Assembly: GCA_029953675.1 (NCBI GenBank)
Contig: JAMWBK010000010.1
Location: 558,001-622,000, forward strand
Source of the DNA: Rhodosorus marinus CCMP1338
Lineage: Eukaryota > Plantae > Rhodophyta
Length of the DNA: 64,000 bases
Direction of reading: 5' to 3'
Under the pieces are notes generated by a model. The model was not told the origin of the DNA, made no database searches, and saw nothing but the letters and a program-made list of their open reading frames with translations. Position numbers and translations under genes: made by a program. The number at the start of each line of letters is the position of its first letter. Positions within the stretch are counted from its first letter, which is position 1. This document shows, piece by piece, positions 1 to 13,030 of this stretch.

Positions 1-3000
1 CGCTTTTGCGGAGTGCAGTTTTAAAACGGAAGCCGGGGGAATGGTAAGCTCGTAAACCAATCCAGCCACGAAAACCAAGGACACCACGTTGATGCCGGAA
101 CCTGCCCTCAAAAAACTCGAACAGGACTCGCATAGCACAAGACGTCCCCGGACGGTCTGATGTACAATGCAGAGAGAGATGGATGAACGTCCTCAGCCCT
201 GACGTAAGAAAATCATCCTGGTCTGCCGAAGAGGAACAGCTGCTTATCACCGCAGTATCCAGGTAACTCCAGCACCCCCAACCTCCACCGCAACCATCCC
301 AACAGATTTCCGTCTTCCCACCTTTCTCCCCCCATGTCCACCACTCATCCGTTAGACACCGCCCGTAACTACATCATCACCATCCCTCTGCTTCCTCTGC
401 CATTACTATCGAACCAATCCAGTTTTTCCTCTTTTTTTTATCGAAATCAATTACAGGCATTGCACCGGTTTTACTTTTTCCGTTATTTTATCGTGGACTC
501 AATATTCTTGAATTACCATATTTTCTATGACATTGATTTCTGAAACTTTTTTGGTAGCACTTCCGTATCTAATTTTTAGTAGTTTTTCAATTCACGCCAA
601 AGCAGAAACGAAATAATTGTTGTTTTGATATATTTAAATAGGTTTTCAGGAGGACGCATATTTTTTGGCTTTTTCGGATGAGCGCTGGTTGTATTGAATC
701 TTGTCCATTTCTCAGTCTTTTTGTTTTGTTTTGCTTTGTTTTTACGTTTTGAATCGGAATCTGGTTCACACTCTGGGGAAAGGAAACCGGTTTTGAGGAG
801 AGCGAGGGAGTTAAGGGAATATGATTCTGTCTGTATTTTCGTTCTTTTGTTGATGGATTTCGGAGGATGTGTGTGTCTGTTTTTTTTTTTTGGGGGGGGT
901 AGAAAGAGGTTGCCTGCATTTGTACTCTGGGAATGTAAATAGCTAAGAAGGGAATGGATCTGCGTTTGAAGGCTTGTGTTCTCCCGCGGTGCCGGGAAAG
1001 AGTTCCTTTCACAGTCGTTCGGTGGATTTTGAGTTCTCTTTACAGCTTCCTCGCGCGTTTGTTGTTTTTTCTCGCTTTTGCTTCACCAATGTCTCTTACA
1101 CGAGTGTGGTTTGTTCACAATTTTGCGCTTTGTCAAACAGGTATGGGGAGGGCAAATGGTCCCAGATCGCCGCGGCAGTGGGCCATGGTCGACGGCCGCA
1201 TCGATGTCGCTCACACTGGCAGAAGCATTTGAAACAGAAGCAGCATCCAGCGCTCACATCAGGTAATATATTCCGGGAACACCCCCGCCCACCGCCCCCC
1301 CAAAAACTCCCTCCGCATCTTGCCGATTCCACAACTACCCATACCCTACCGCTGTCTTTGAAATCCGTCCAAACCTCGCAACCTCCGTCTTCAAGCTCCT
1401 AACTGGCCAGAATCTCATTTCAAGAACCCACCACACCAACTGAAATCACCATCTCCTTCGTTTTTTGTTTGTTTTTTTGGCAGCCCCCGAGTTCGCTCGG
1501 AATGATCCCCTTCCGGAGGACGCAACTGCACAGCGATCAAAAAAGAATGCCCTCTAGGTGGGAGAATCATTCGACACGTGTTAGTATTCCACTCGCAGAA
1601 CTTCCAGAGAACACATTTTCATTTGTTATCGGAAGGAAGCCTTGCTTCGATTTTTAGATTATTTTCTTGCATCCGTTTTACAGTATTTAATATTTATTAC
1701 AATTACAATTATCATGTGTCGTAAAACTGTTGTTTTTACCCTCCGGCATTATGGTCGTGACGGGACTGAAAAATATTCTAAATACTTACCGTTTACAGTG
1801 AAAGGAAAAAAAATCTCCAATCACTTGCTGTAAAATTTTTTGTATTCAAATATACGAAAAATTGATCACGGGGAAAAACAAACAAATCGAATAGGCATCT
1901 AAATTATACTTAAAATCAGAAATCCATAACATATGCAAATTCTGCCCAAAAAGGATGAAGTGGTCTGGGCAGTGGTTGTTCGGGGGGTTGGGTGGGGGGT
2001 TGAAATTGTTTAAGATTGCCGAAACCGCCTCTGTTGGCCTGTTTCAAAGGGGGGATCGAAATATTACAATCGTCCCGCAACCAAAAGATCTTTTATTTTT
2101 ACCAACGACAAAAAAGTTCCACTACGTTGTTTTTTTTTGCTTTGTTTTCTAACCCGTTATTGCTGTAAATATGATTCTCCTTTAGAAGAAGAAAAACTAC
2201 TTGACTTTACAGTAAAATGGTCCTTTGCCTCCCCTCGACCGACGAGAACAAACAAACCCAAAAAAACTTTGTAGTTTCTTTTGTTTTTTTAGAAGAACAG
2301 TAAACAACACCTAAATTCAGAATATTCCCCGAATCTTTTTTCCTCTCCTTCCGGCCGAATAATACCATAAGGCCCCTTCCCCCCCCCCATTTCAACGCCT
2401 TCCTTTCAATCGCCAATCGCCATAAACACCTCCCAATTCTGATGGATTTACACGAGAATGTACCCTATTTTTTTTGGATAAGCCGATTTTTTTCATCGAG
2501 GCTGCTTCGAGAGTTACAACCCCGGTTTTTCAGTAGGTTATTGAACATTGAATTATTGAACTTATTTATTACCAAAATTTTACGTTCATTTCGTTGTAGC
2601 GAATGTATCCACATTTTTCAGGTCACGGATTTCCCCCCCCCCTCCCTTTTGAAACTGACCGCAAAGGGCAAATTATACAGTTTTTAGAATAATTTTAACC
2701 CACCTATCTGCTAACACATCTTTTTAGTCGAAACGGCTTGGAATCGAGATATTCGATCGGAGGCTGCTAATGAGGATTGTGAAAAATGGGCTGTTTGGAT
2801 AGTATCAGGACGGAGTTAGACTGCGGACATGGAAAACGGGGGTTTCGGGCTTTTAGTATAAAGTTTTTATTCGTCTTCTGGCGGAGAGGGAGGTTGGGGT
2901 GGGAGGGGTAGTGGTACGGTGGCAGAGCGGATTTGTTTATCGAGGAACGTCTTCGAACTGATTTTTTTTTGTCTTTCATCTGCAAAGCTTTTGAAACGAA

Positions 3001-3273
3001 ATGGGAAACAAGCTCGGAATTGCTCAGACCCGGATCGACGGGACCGACAGGGACATGTACGCCAAACTTCTGGACCCAGCTGGTGTCTGCATCCAGGCGA
3101 CTGACCTTGAGCCGTTTCAGATGCCCGAGGATATCGACGTCGATGCCGATGAGAGTGTGAACGAGAAGCAGGGTGGAGAAGATGCTGAGGTCGACGATGC
3201 TGAGGAGGTCACGGATGAGAACTACGATGACGACGAGATCCCCGCGGAGGTCGTCCCAGATATCGTTGAATAA
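1..3273 (+). CDS. SNAPC4: Multi-repeat Myb protein, SNAPc large subunit (SNAP190)-like; 5' part lies outside the window. Exons about <1-43, 125-262, 1141-1262, and a probable acidic last exon ending at 3273
   Basis: Splicing GT44..AG124 and GT263..AG1140 gives LLRSAVLKRKPGEW-TRIAQDVPGRSDVQCRERWMNVLSPDVRKSSWSAEEEQLLITAVSR-YGEGKWSQIAAAVGHGRRPHRCRSHW, i.e. consecutive Myb repeats. VPGRSDxQCR resembles SNAPC4. The link to the 3001-3273 acidic ORF is inferred. Confidence 0.7.
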
Positions 3274-3752
3274 ACTGCAACAGTGTTTGCAATTCGATGG
3301 TGAACGCCTATAGTACTCCTTCTTGACTCTTCGACCAATAAAATAATGACCTCTAATTAGTATAAGAACACTGCCGCACATCTCGAACCAGACTGTCTCA
3401 GTCACTTTTTTGCCTGACTAGCTACGGCGATGACCCTTACTACATCTTGCTCACTGTGTCGGAATTCATTATCGATCGAACACCCCTGGAGACAAGCGTT
3501 ACGATGACTAGTCGTGATATAGATTGAATGCCGCGATCGCCATCGTGGGGGAAGTATTGCAGGTAGAGCGCACCCTCAAGCTCGAACCGGATCGGTCGTG
3601 CGCAGGAGTTGGGGGACGGCGTGCCTGCATTGCCCGTAGAGGTTCCGAGCGGTGGGTGGGAACGGGAGTCGCCGCATCTGGCTACCTCTGCTCGGCCAGA
3701 GGTGCTGGTGCACTCCTCAGTTGGGTACAGAACTTCATAGAGGTCAAGAGCT

Positions 3753-4474
3753 ATGAGATTGAAGGAGTTGGAATCAGCGCTCTCGGGAGTGAAAACTTTT
3801 TCTCAGCCGAAGGTTGAGTTGGAGCAGTATCCAACCTCGGCCCACCTTGCGGCAAGGATGTTGCATGTAGCTCAGGAGAATTTTGGCGACATTGAGGATC
3901 GGTGCGTTGCGGACATGGGCTGCGGTGGAGGTATCCTCGCCATTGGAGCGTGTTTGCTTGGCGCCTCCCACGTTGTGGGGTTCGACGTGGACGCTGACGC
4001 CCTGGAGATCGCAGCTAGCAATGCGCTTGAGGAAGAGGTAACTCCTTGCACCGCACTGGGTCTGTTGCACTGGTGTTCATATGCAGTTGACTAATCGACG
4101 CTCAGGTCGACATCGAGTTGATCCAAGCGGATGTCCAGGAACTCGGAGCGGGAAGTTCGGGCATAATGTTGGGGAACGGCGAGATTCCATTTGACACGAT
4201 AATTATGAATCCACCATTTGGCACACGTCAGAAATCAATCGACATGGCTTTTGTGAGAACGGCCCTGTCTTTGAGCAGGGAGTCGGTGTATTCCCTCCAC
4301 AAAACGTCAACGAGAGAGCACATAAGGCGGAAGGCAAGAGAGTGGAACGTTGAGGCGCAGGTGGTCGCGGAAATGCGCTTTGACATTCCCAAGATGTACA
4401 AGTTTCATTCACAAAAGTCAAGGGATGTCGCAGTCGACTTTTGGCGTATTTCGAAAACCTGGAAGCGAATATGA
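3753..4474 (+). CDS. METTL5: 18S rRNA N6-adenosine methyltransferase METTL5; 2 exons (3753-4037, 4106-4474)
   Basis: LEQYPTSAHLAA, DMGCGGG SAM motif, NPPF catalytic motif, SLHKTSTREHI and YKFH..KSRDVAVD. Intron GT4038..CTAAT..AG4105 joins the exons in frame. Confidence 0.95.
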
Positions 4475-5203
4475 CAGCTTGCATTTCCTGTCATCAAACA
4501 CTTGCGCGCAGTGGATCGCAAGGACGCGTAACCCTTCGCTAACAGAATCAGCTAAGTTTTGCAGGTGACTGGAAGGCTTCACCGGCGGTTTGTACATCTA
4601 TCACAAACTCAAGCACATCGGTGACGATACTTCAACGCAAAAATTTCCGGCGAAATGCGGCACCCTGGATATAGAACCTCTCTTTCCTTAAATAGGAAAC
4701 GAAGCCATGGCGTAGAGGGTTTCATAGTGCTTGCAGATATTGGAGCACTGCTCGTCTACTCCAAGAAAGAGCTCCTCTGAGATATCAGCAGGTTGGTGCT
4801 TGAGCATACCCAACCGGCCTCTGGCTATATGGACACCTGTCCCCAATAAAATATATTAAAAATAAGCTCGTTAGAACACGTGCAAGCTCTTTATTGGGTG
4901 GTAGAAAAACCGTTACTTTCGATCATTTGAAAATTGGAAGTGAAAGTGAAGGTGAAGGCATCCGCCTCTTGCAATGACTTTTGTACAGTCGCTGCTTCGC
5001 TTCAGAGCGTACGAAGAGACTGGACAGCCTTGGAGTCTGAAGCGGTGCCTACTCTAGGTAAGCGCTGTTGAACGTAAATACTTAGGAGACCTGGATTCTT
5101 GCTCGTTGGGATTGGATTTGCTGCGAGCCTGCTTGCTGGTGTTTTGTTGAACCTCGTCTGAGTGAACCTCTGAGAGGGATTGATTGCTGATCCGTGCGAA
5201 ACC

Positions 5204-6277
5204 ATGCAACGAAAGCCGAACAAGGAGCTGATCGGTTATCGAGATGATCGTGATGTGTTTCTGAACGAGGCTGGGCGACTCGCTAGCGCTGGGTTGATTC
5301 AGAAATCGCGCACCTCCCAGACTGTGGGAAAGATAACCGGCAGCTTGTCAGGTGGATTGTTTCCGAAGACCAAGGGCCGTCGAAATGAAAAAAATGAGGC
5401 GGACGAGCGGCACGAGATCAATAGCTTAAAGCTTCAGCTGCATGAGGTTCGTTTCCAAGCGGCTTCCGACAAAGCGGACAAGGAGATGGCCTTGGAACAC
5501 GCTCAGAAACTGATCCGCGCCCATAAGCAGAAGTCCAAGGAAGTTGCCGCGCTTAGAAAGCACATCCACGAGTTGAAAAGTCACGGAGTTGCAATCCAAG
5601 CTCCTGGAAAGCCAGTGCCATCTTCACCATCTCTGAGCGCTCCCAGTCCTCCTGTCTATAAGCGCCCACCTCCGACATCATCGAAGTTCGAAGATTCCGA
5701 CAGCTCGAGATTCCTTCCTGGTGACTTAGAAAACTCTAGAAGTCTCTCAAACAGGCAAGACGTTGGAGCAACTGTTGCGAGGTTTGAAAACGCTCAAGGG
5801 ACGGCCATAAGTCCAATTGTTGCATCCTGGAAGTCAAAAGAGACAGAAAAGGTTAAGGACTGTCCCAGATGTGCAACCACCACGGACTACGATGCTCTAA
5901 AGAAGTCCAATCATGAGCTCAAGGCCGCCGTTCACATGAGAGAGAATATGATCAGCGAATTGGAAGGGAAGCTTATGGAATCGGAGACCAGATTAGAATC
6001 CGCTAGGAGTATGCTGGAGGAGACCTCCCAGGACGTTTCTTTCGCTTCCGTTCCCGAGTCACCAGGCGTCAACGGCGTCCTGATGCCCAGTCTGGATAAA
6101 GCAACAACAGAAGTGAACGACCTCGTGGATGCCGTTTGCCTAGAAAGGACGCGTCTAGAGGCCGATATTTCCCGTGCGAAGATGCACATGGAGGATCTTA
6201 AGGAGTTACGAGCGCTTCGGGCTAGGAGATATGAGAAACTTCATGAGTATTTGGGAAAGACTCGGCCCATAAGATGA
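5204..6277 (+). CDS. Hypothetical coiled-coil protein (about 357 aa)
   Basis: Long uninterrupted ORF with ATG at 5204. It has two heptad-rich segments flanking a Pro/Ser-rich linker and no recognisable domain. Confidence 0.7.
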   Translation: MQRKPNKELIGYRDDRDVFLNEAGRLASAGLIQKSRTSQTVGKITGSLSGGLFPKTKGRRNEKNEADERHEINSLKLQLHEVRFQAASDKADKEMALEHAQKLIRAHKQKSKEVAALRKHIHELKSHGVAIQAPGKPVPSSPSLSAPSPPVYKRPPPTSSKFEDSDSSRFLPGDLENSRSLSNRQDVGATVARFENAQGTAISPIVASWKSKETEKVKDCPRCATTTDYDALKKSNHELKAAVHMRENMISELEGKLMESETRLESARSMLEETSQDVSFASVPESPGVNGVLMPSLDKATTEVNDLVDAVCLERTRLEADISRAKMHMEDLKELRALRARRYEKLHEYLGKTRPIR

Positions 6278-7059
6278 TCACAAGGCCGCTGTGAGGGGGA
6301 GCTACTGAGCGCCGTAGTCAGCACCCTCCTCCAACTTTCGTCCGTCATGAATGACGTGCGTAAGAGCACGAGGAGGGATGAGATTCTGTATATTTAAGGT
6401 CGAGGGCTTGGATTTTGCGCGGAAGAGGCGTTTCCAACTTTTATCGATGGCTTCTGTTGATGTATATAAATGAAGGGAGAACGAGAGCTTGAAAACATAC
6501 TCCAGGAAATGTTCAAGTAAGCTGCAGCAAGGGCATTAACGAAGAGACTAAATCCTACAGATCAAGACGCTGGTCAATCTTGTTCTGCCCACACCCTAGC
6601 ACACCTTCCACCTTTCTAAGCTTCAGGAAATTTCAATCGTGGCCATAGGGTCAGTGGGAATAACACATGAACAAAGACTATCTCTCTGACTTATGTATGT
6701 GTGCAGCACGGGAGCCGGAGCCGGGGAATTTCCAAAAGTACCAATCCCGACTCTCAGTTTCCTAGACGGTGCATATCGTACTCTTAGGGGAGCCGAAACA
6801 CGTGAGCCTTAGGTTAAGTACCTGTTCCAATTTCTCGCCCAGCCTCTATCTAGCCTACCCCGTCTCTCGGCAGACCAAAACTTAAGCACATAGACCCGCG
6901 TGCTCTGAGCGAGGCTGTTCGAAGTCGTATTCGCTATCCAGGGACCGGGACAGAGGCTTTTCTTGGATGAGAATCGAACCAGGCAAAATTATTAACACTG
7001 TCCACCACCTTCAACCCTCAACCAGTACAAGTGTAACGCTCCTAGCAAAGCAGGGCGTC

Positions 7060-7680
7060 AGCGAACAGTTGCACATATAAGCTTCCTAGTCTTACCGCGA
7101 GTTGGAGCGAGGAGAGGACGGAAAGGAACGCTTGGGATATTCAACCGTCAACCAATAAATACATACACAGTTACCCTACTTCGTCTCTGAGCCGGGCGAA
7201 ACCAGGAACAAAGCACCACCACCTAACCCAAGCTCCGTAACATGGCTCCGCGGCGCTGTCCCAAAACTGTTGCTCCTAGTCGGAAAGAGGAGAACGAGGA
7301 GAAGAGAAACTTTGGGAAGGGATGCTTCGGAGATTTTTAGATTTAATTATCAAGCAATCCAAGCGTAGGCTTTTCCTTCCCGACAGGCGATGCCGAGCAC
7401 CAAGCCCGAATACTTAGCTAGAGTATCTCGTACGTCTCCGCGGGCTGCTCTCATAGCTAGTCCACGTTGGTGAGAGTTACTAGAGAGGAAAAGAGAAACT
7501 TGGGGAAGAAATACTTTGGATATGCAATTATCAAGCAATAGAAGCGTGAGGATTCTCCCTCTCTGACCCGGCACCAAATCCCCTCTACTTGTCAACGAAG
7601 CATCTTGTGCGGCTCCGTCGGGCTGCCCTCATATATAGTGCGTCTTGGTGAGTTGGGGACGGTGGGAATGAAGGGAGCGA
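7060..7680. repeat. Degenerate tandem repeat, period about 180 bp, 2 clear copies plus 1-2 decayed copies
   Basis: AAGAGAAACTT at 7302/7491, AATTATCAAGCAAT at 7345/7526, GGCTGC(T/C)CTCATA at 7443/7621, TTGGTGAG at 7467/7645. Confidence 0.75.
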
Positions 7681-8276
7681 GGAGGGAGAGAGAGGAAGGA
7701 ATTTGTTCGAAGGTTTGAAGAGAAGGAGGGATAAAACATGAATAACAGGGTTGAATCAAAGTTTGCGAGAGATATGAGGTTGTTTAATGAAAGGAGGAGG
7801 GAGGGAGGAGGGGGTTTTAGTAGCGTTGGAGTGAGTTTGTGAGTGGGAAACCGGCGGTTTTGGGAGGGGCGGAGGGGGTTGGTAAGAAGGAATTGGAGGC
7901 GTGGCCATTTTGATATTGGCTGTGTTGAGTGCTTTGGAAGGGGAAAGGACGGCGGGTTTGGTTCTTCGGAACTATGAGCGGAGGCGGCCGCAGAGATGGG
8001 GAGTGGAACTCCGGGGACAAGGAAAGGTAAACGTCATGGGTTTTCTGGAAAGGGAATGACAGCGTGCAAGTCGTACTGCGTTTCCATTCTTCTCGCGTCT
8101 TGTTTCTTGCTTTATTGGGTTTGGATTTCCTGTTTATTTTTGGCTTTAGTGTGGAGCCTAGTCCCCTGTTTCGTCAACTCGAATGAACTGGGATTGAAAA
8201 ACTAACTCTTTGTTGTGTCGTATTCCCTGTGTGGAACTGCGATAGATTTGAACCCTACGACAGTAGAGGACAAAAA

Positions 8277-11200
8277 ATGCCTTACCTGGACAAGCAGTCC
8301 CCAGCACCGCCCAGGCGTTCCTTTAGCACAGCCAGCGGGTACGTAGTCGAGGTTAGCGACGGGCATCGACTGCTACATAGGGACTCGAGGGGATTTGGAG
8401 GTGGAGTGAATTCTATGAGGAGACAAGATTATGCAGAGAGTAGGGGCTCAAGTCCGACTCGAAGTCAGTCGCCTCATAGAGCAAGAGACGAGGCCCCTCG
8501 CTCAATTCGAAGAATATCTACCTCTGTGCCCGGAAGAGGGGGTTTCCGAATCGAGAATGAACCCATGAGAGAGTATGTGGAAGGTGCGCCCTATCGCAGG
8601 AGGCCTGGACCAGCTCGCGACGACTATCGTCCGCCGTACCAACGACACCATGATAGGACTATAAAAGATTCAAGGTTTATGTCTTATGACGAAGACGATT
8701 ATAGTAGAGGAGGCTTTCGCGGGGGTAGAGACATGCTGGGGAGGAGACTGTACAATTCTAACGAGGATGACAAGCGAAATAGGTACGTTCTTCGATTGCT
8801 TCGTGCGGACGCAAGATCAAGAAAGCGCACGTGGACTTTCAAACTGACAACCCATTCATGCTCGTCTCGTAGAGCTCCTGATAGAAGGCTGAACGGCCTA
8901 GATGACTCTGGCCATGGTTCTTCATACTATTCAAAGCGCAACTGGGACACTTCCCCGCAAATCAAAGTCGAAGGAAACAGACCTGGAGAACAGAAGAAGG
9001 TCATAATTACCACTCAGAAAGGAAGCGTGCAAATAGATGTGGGCAACGGCTCGACTATGATATCAAAAAGGCCCGAGTTGGATCCGCACAAAGCGGTGCG
9101 GAGTACCCCTGGAATTGGATTCAAAAGAATATCAGACAGACTTGGTGGAGAGCTGAAGGCAGTTGGTCGTGATGGGGAGCCTACAAACAAATTCAACGCG
9201 AGTTCGCATAGTACACCCGTAATCGGCAAGGACTCTACGGAGTTCAGACCGAACGCGAGTTCGGGGTCCAAGTTTTCCGCTCCCAATAGTCAGGAAGTCC
9301 CTGTTCGGAAACAGCCGAGAACTGAAATAGACCTCGCCCACGTTGTGCACCCGAAGAGAACTGAACCGACGTCGGCGAATGTCGACCATGCGGAGGCGGT
9401 GTTGGGTAGGAGCAGAAGCGATGTTGTCGTTGCGTCCTCCTCACTGTCTACAGGCAGCGCCGCGCCGGGGAGGGTAGCTGTTGAGTCGTCGTCATCAAGG
9501 AAGGTCGTTGCGCGTGATTCTGCGAGTACGTACAGATCACACTGTTTTCGCGCTTCCCAAGATCCCCTTTGTCGGTCTAACCGGACTGTAATTCTTGCCC
9601 ATCAAGGTCCGAACTTACCAAGCTCGAAAACAAGGGATTCAGGGGATGGTACGGCGATTCCCGAAAAGTCATCATCTGACTACACGCCGATTTCGAAAGA
9701 TGTGAAAGAGTTGGACCATGGTTCAACGTCGAAAGTTGGCAAACCACTTCAACCCTCAGTGTCATCAAAGGAAAAGGTGCCTATCGACGCAATGGATGTT
9801 GGACAAGCAGAGGACGTTGCACAAAAGGTCGTCGCTGACCAAGGGTCACTTGTAGAGTCGAAATTGAAAGACCCGAAATTCCTGATTAGAACGGATCGCC
9901 TTCAGGAGACTCAAAACGAACGAGGAAGTACCGCGATGGAAAACAAGACGGCACCTTCAGAAGCGAGCTCCGAGGACGATGACATGGACATGTCGCCGGA
10001 AGAACCTGAAGCTGATCACGTCCAGGGTGAGGGGTCAGCTGCGGAAGTGGATCCAATTGTTGAACGAGGGCCGCAGGCGGAGCTGTCAGCCTCCATCACG
10101 GAAGCGGTTGCGAATTACAATTCACGGCCCCAGCCTGATCACACTATGACCTTGGAAGCTGTTCCGAAAGAGAATGCAAAGGAAATGCAGAGCTCGCCTT
10201 GTGCACAGAATGTATTTAAGGTCGGAGCAGTCCCCGGAACTTCTACCCCTATAAAACCAGATGCTCCTGAGCCCAGGTTGGAATCTGTAGAAAGACGGGG
10301 GGCTGCTCCAGCACGGCAGGACGAAGATGTCGGGTTGAGAAAAGGGTACCTATTCTTAGAAGAGGAGGTAGAGCTCACCAAGGGTGACCTAGCCTCTGCA
10401 AGACAGGTCGACAGCGAAAGAATGGAAGGCATACGAGAGGCTAGGCCCTCTTCGGGGAGGGACGCTGCAGGAGACAGACAACCAAGCGAGCCCGCTGAAA
10501 AAGACGCTTCACTGGTACTCACTGAAAAAAGGTGGATCAACGAAGGCACAAGCGCACGGAAGAACCTTTCAGCCCGAGCTCCACTTGCATCCCCTGTGGC
10601 AGTGAGTCGCTGGGGCCGTTCCTCCGTGCTAGCCAGTGAAGAAAACCATCGAAATAGGGGGAAAACCCATGAGCTAGAGATCGAGAGCGATGCTCCTGAC
10701 AAGAACGGACATGTCATGCACGAAGATCAACAATCAGTCGTAGAAGCCGGAGCCCAAAACAAGGGGAGTACCAGGCCGAGCACGCGGAAGTCCGCGGTCT
10801 ACTCAGGAGCGAATGAGTCTGACCGTGAGGGGAAGAAGCCCCAAAAGGCTGAGCAGGTGGACATCGAAGTCAATAACACTGACTCCGAGTCTATCGCCCT
10901 CCCCACTAAACGCTCAAAACCCGATGAAGATTCTTCTGGGAAGCAACAGAAGGAAGCTAAACGGTCCCGGTCCGTCGCGGATGCTGCGCTTGCCGAAATA
11001 TCCTGGGGTGACCTCGCGAGCTCTTCGAAGGTTGAAGTGAAAGTTGGATTAGCGAAGCCGGACTTGGCGTCCAAAACTCAAGAGGTTCGATCACATCCGT
11101 TCCGAGATCCGGGCGCGATTCCAGCCAGCGAGGAACGAGGTGCCGTAAGGAACAACGCGACTCCTAACCTGTTTTCGAAGAACATTCGGCAAATGTCGGT

Positions 11201-12729
11201 TACTGAGGAGGGTGGCAGTTTGCCAGATCGCCAGTCGAAAGATGACGTTCTCGCCGAGATCAACAGGGTGGAAAAGAAGCTTTCGGCAATAAGAAAGAGC
11301 ATCACGAGCCTTAAACAGGATGTACCTCAGCGGAAGGTGGAGTCCAAGGTTGAGAGTACGCCTCCTCAGGATACCCGTGATACGCAGGTCTTAGTTTCTG
11401 AAGGGAAGGTTCCAGCGGAGACTCTAGCAGCTAGCGGTGTAGTTGAAGCTGCAGAGGCAAAGGACGTGGAAGGAAGGGAAAAGCTGCAGACGGATCTTGA
11501 GAAACGGCCTTCGTCCACAGAGCGAGTGACGGCTTCTAAGGAGGAGTTTCCCAAGGTTCAAAAGGCAGTAAAGCGCAAGTTGAGCAGGCTAGAGGAGATG
11601 ACAAGAGCGATAACTCAAGACGGGCAAAGTCTGGCTGAGTCTGCTCAGAATTCTCTCAATCGCATCTGCGGCAAGGGACAGCTCGTGGCGGATAGCTGGA
11701 TCTCGTTGAAAGAACCTGGAGAGCTTGAAGACGTGCGAAAAGTTGCCCACGATGCACTCCACAGACCCCAAAAGCTCAGAGAGGGTATTATAGCGGAGAA
11801 AAAGCATCGTCGAGAAAGGACTAAGAGGCTTCACGCGAAGTACAGGATGCTTGAGAAACAGTGGAAATCTGATCTGCGAAATATGAGGGACAAGCGAAGC
11901 AGGGACAAACGCGAAATAAGCAGAGATCGAGACAGGTATTTGATGATGGCGATCCGTGGTACGGACATGATACCGACGTCGAGAACTGGCAGTGGTAGAG
12001 TCACCTACAAACCCAGCGGTGAAGGTGGTGCGCCGGGAGCGCCGAGCTCTCTGCAACAAGTGGACGTGATGCTTACTCAGGTGGAGTCAGCGGGGGGTAC
12101 TCCTGGAGGTAGGGATCGCTGGAAGAGGACGCTAGCAACGGTCCCCGACCAGGACCCTGATCATCGACCATTCGAAGGTGGATCGGTTCTCATTGAGGAT
12201 CCGCTCGCGGAGTTTTACGGACGTCGTGTGGAGAACCCGTGGACCAGAGAGGAGCGCATATGCTTTCTGAAGAACTATTTGGAGTACAACAAGGACTTCC
12301 GGTGAGTTTGCGAACAATGACATGCTTTCTTGTAACAGTGAAGAAGTCTTTTCCTATCCTCAAGTCACCGAATTTTTTTTCGTGCGACGAATGGTGCAGG
12401 AAAATCGCCCAGTTCCTGGAGAATAAGTGCACGGAGGACGTAGTTCGCTTCTACTTTCAGAACAAGCTATGCCTAAACCTGAAGCAGCTCACAAAGGAGA
12501 ACATGAGGAGGCGTGGAAACGGCAGCAGGAAGACACCTCGGCTAACTCGATTTGGACCGGAGATCGCTCGAGGAGAACCAAGGTAAGAGGGACCTCCCCC
12601 CCCCCCCCAAAAAAAACAAACTTGTCGCTTTGGTTTCAGGATTTGCACTTATACGCGAAGCTCTTTACCATTGTACACAGCTTAATCAAGAACGAAGATG
12701 ATGCTGACGAAGCGGATGACGAGGAGTGA
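8277..12729 (+). CDS. N-CoR/Snt1-like SANT-domain protein with a long disordered N-terminal region
   Basis: 1358-aa ORF (ATG 8277). Intron GT12302..AG12399 joins NPWTREERICFLKNYLEYNKDFR to KIAQFLENKCTEDVVRFYFQNKLCLNLKQL, a SANT domain of the N-CoR/Snt1 type. A last intron, about 12583-12680, gives an acidic end at 12729. Confidence 0.8.
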
Positions 12730-13030
12730 GCAAGGACTGGTGGAGGAAACCCTTGTTCGATCAGAGATACGATGTGAATACTTTTTTTGTGTGTGATTTA
12801 TTGTTTATATTGTCTGTTTTAGACGATTGAACTATTTATTAGTGCCGCGCAGTATAGCGCGACAAAGCTCTGAGCGCGACAAAGCTCTAAGCCGTATCTG
12901 CACCTTTTGTCGGTTGTGTGTTACATAAACTCATTATTGAAGATCGAGAGTGGGAAAAAGGTGGTGTGGGTCACCCATCAGGTTTTGAAACCTAGAACAC
13001 AACCGAAAGGATGGTCAGTACTCTTATTTC

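Noticed and set aside
767-2932. Short ORFs in the low-complexity blocks (F/L/G/K-rich translations)
   Set aside because: Artefacts of homopolymer-rich intronic sequence.
9014-12432. Many minus-strand ORFs within the SANT gene (similar shadows occur over GTF3C3, ANTH, the decarboxylase and the Kelch genes)
   Set aside because: Antisense or off-frame shadows of real CDSs, with no motifs of their own.
12856-12888. 17-bp tandem duplication AGCGCGACAAAGCTCT
   Set aside because: Only two copies with no spacers; simple slippage duplication, not CRISPR.
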